DNA of 61,270 bases, the filler included. It is 4 parts of 4 records of this genome, joined end to end, with 100 filler letters (N's around TTAATTAATTAA, not from the genome) between each part and the next. Parts side by side here need not be neighbours in the genome. Positions count along the whole stretch, not along the records: positions 56,287 to 61,270 come from SRR20825010_3679; 3 more parts are not named here. The stretch is one strand, 5' to 3'. The notes under the pieces were generated by a model. It was not told the DNA's origin, did not search any database, and saw nothing but the letters and a program-made list of their open reading frames with translations. The position numbers and the translations under genes were made by a program. The stretch's first letter is position 1. The number at the start of each line of letters is the position of its first letter. Below are positions 59,626 through 61,270 of the stretch, one piece after another.

Positions 59626-60561
59626 ATGCGCATTGTCACCGGTAACGATATCCGATCCGTCTGTTCCTGGCCGTTCGCGGTGGAGGCGCTGAGGGCCGGC
59701 CACCTGATGCCGCCGGCGGATTTGCGCGATTCGCTGATCGAGCAGGCGGGCCGCAAGATGCTGGTCCGCACCGCCTGGATCCCCGGCCTTGCGTCGGGCG
59801 TCAAGGCGGTGACGATCTATCCCGACAATCCGTCCGCGACCCCGCCGATGCCGTCGGTGCAGGGGCAGGTGCTGCTGTTCGACGAGGCGCGGGGCGATGT
59901 GGTCGCGGTGCTCGAGGGCGTTGACCTCACCGCCTGGAAGACCGCCGGCGATTCGGCGCTCGGCGCCTCGTGCCTGGCGCGGCAGGATGCCGCCACCATG
60001 CTGATGGTCGGCGCCGGCTCGATGGCGCGGCCGCTGATCGACGCGCACCGGACGATGCGGCCGTCGCTCGAGAGAGTGCTGGTGTGGAACCGGGGGCGGG
60101 AGCGCGCCGAGGCGCTTGCGCAGGCGCTTGCCGATGACGGGATTGCCGCCGAGATCGCCACCGATCTCGACGAGGCCGTCTCGCGCGCCGACCTGATCTC
60201 GTCCGCCACCATGTCGACCGAGCCGCTGATCAGGGGCGCGGCGCTCAAGCCCGGCGCGCATGTCGATCTCGTCGGCGCCTACACGCCCTCGATGCGCGAG
60301 GCCGACGACGCGGCGCTGACCCGCGGGCGGCTGTTCGTCGACAGTTTCGCCACCACCGTCGGCCATATCGGCGAGGTGATGATCCCGATGGCCGCGGGCG
60401 TGATTTCCCGCGACGACATTCAGGGCGACCTGCACGCCCTGGTGCACGGGCGCACGAGCCGCCACTCGCCCGACGAGATCACCATCTTCAAGAACGGCGG
60501 CGGCGCCCATCTCGACGTGATGATCGCGCATGCGGTCTATCTGGCGCTCGAGGGGCGCTGA
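59626..60561 (+). CDS. Ornithine cyclodeaminase / mu-crystallin family
   Basis: GVKAVTIYPDN; LTAWKTA; GAGSMA; HVDLVGA; FKNGGGAHLD. Confidence 0.9.
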   Translation: MRIVTGNDIRSVCSWPFAVEALRAGHLMPPADLRDSLIEQAGRKMLVRTAWIPGLASGVKAVTIYPDNPSATPPMPSVQGQVLLFDEARGDVVAVLEGVDLTAWKTAGDSALGASCLARQDAATMLMVGAGSMARPLIDAHRTMRPSLERVLVWNRGRERAEALAQALADDGIAAEIATDLDEAVSRADLISSATMSTEPLIRGAALKPGAHVDLVGAYTPSMREADDAALTRGRLFVDSFATTVGHIGEVMIPMAAGVISRDDIQGDLHALVHGRTSRHSPDEITIFKNGGGAHLDVMIAHAVYLALEGR

Positions 60562-60890
60562 CACCGGCGGCTCGCGGGCAAGCTCGGCCAGAGCCGGATC
60601 GGCCGCTCCGGGCCCTGCAGTGCCGCGCATCCGATTGGATGCGTAAAGGACGCTGCAGCCCTTTGAAATGATGCATGCTCGTTATCGCTCAAGTGAATCC
60701 AGTTGAGCGCGGCAAGCTTCGGGCAACAGCAATTGGTTAACCATTTGCGTTCATACATTGTTAGAGCTTTTCAGGCGGCGGCAGAACCGGCGACAAGGCT
60801 CCAACATGTTGTTTTCATGCAATTCCACAGGCGAGACCGGGTCTCGCTTTTGCCGGAATTGGCTTGGCGAAACCGGGGCTCGGTCGCAAA

Positions 60891-61270
60891 ATGTCGATGT
60901 TCAGATACTACGCATCCAAGCCAAAGCCGCAGGCATCCGGCCCCGGGCTGGCGATCCACACCAATTTCTTGAGGACCGGGCGCATCAACCGCCAGGATGA
61001 CTGGGTCGAGGAAGAGCGGCGCTACCTGACCGAGGAGGAAGTGGCCGAGCGCACCGGCAAGCGGCTCGAGAGCGCCGGCAAGAAGACCCACCAGCGGCTC
61101 AACAGCTTCCACCGCAAGATCCGTTTCCCGGAGATGATCTTTCACAAGACGCTAGCGACCGCGCCGCATCTCGGCTATGTCCACGTCACCGCGTCGAAGG
61201 CCGACATCGCCGAGCACAAGGGCGTGACCTGGGGCTTCTACATCGCCAATTTCTCGGCCGAGATCAGCGG
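60891..61270 (+). CDS. Conserved alphaproteobacterial hypothetical protein (possibly DUF6656), 3' truncated; absent from the ORF track
   Basis: Open frame MSMFRYYASKPK...HTNFLRTGRINR...RYLTEEEVAERTG...PHLGYVHVT...WGFYIANF runs to the window end with high GC3. Confidence 0.75.
   Translation, partial: MSMFRYYASKPKPQASGPGLAIHTNFLRTGRINRQDDWVEEERRYLTEEEVAERTGKRLESAGKKTHQRLNSFHRKIRFPEMIFHKTLATAPHLGYVHVTASKADIAEHKGVTWGFYIANFSAEIS

Overview
The window is four unrelated contigs joined by artificial 100-bp spacers (N-run + TTAATTAATTAA + N-run at 10725-10824, 29095-29194, 56187-56286). (1) 1-10724 is an AT-rich (about 37% GC by spot count) contig with no credible ORF. It is built from about 56 short cassettes in mixed orientation. 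Each cassette is a conserved 10-mer ACACCTTTCC (GGAAAGGTGT on the other strand) followed about 30 nt downstream by a variable A/C-rich segment. The reverse complements of several segments translate into peptides matching, from my recall, edited kinetoplastid mitochondrial proteins (ATP6 FLECFSL and FCNLLS, CYb VYCRS and EWFF, COX3 CVWFF, COX1 N-terminus, RPS12). Some segments recur in several cassettes at the same offset, differing mostly by G:U-type transitions. My best interpretation is a dense, non-minicircle array of RNA-editing guide RNA genes from a probably free-living, bodonid-like kinetoplastid. This is the main discovery candidate and is not yet computationally confirmed. (2) 10825-29094 is a Pirellulaceae-like planctomycete contig: cohesin/dockerin/cadherin surface proteins, an ECF sigma-FecR-EF-hand-PSD1-DUF1501 module, a pyruvyl-transferase-like protein, a cupin, a GH10 and an atypical thioredoxin. 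(3) 29195-56186 is a Cytophagales-like Bacteroidota contig, mostly housekeeping (pyrE, coaD, yggS, batA-like, mutS2, ispF, mnmD). (4) 56287-61270 is a high-GC alphaproteobacterial contig (MBL-fold hydrolase, GNAT, phasin, ornithine cyclodeaminase family, partial hypothetical gene).
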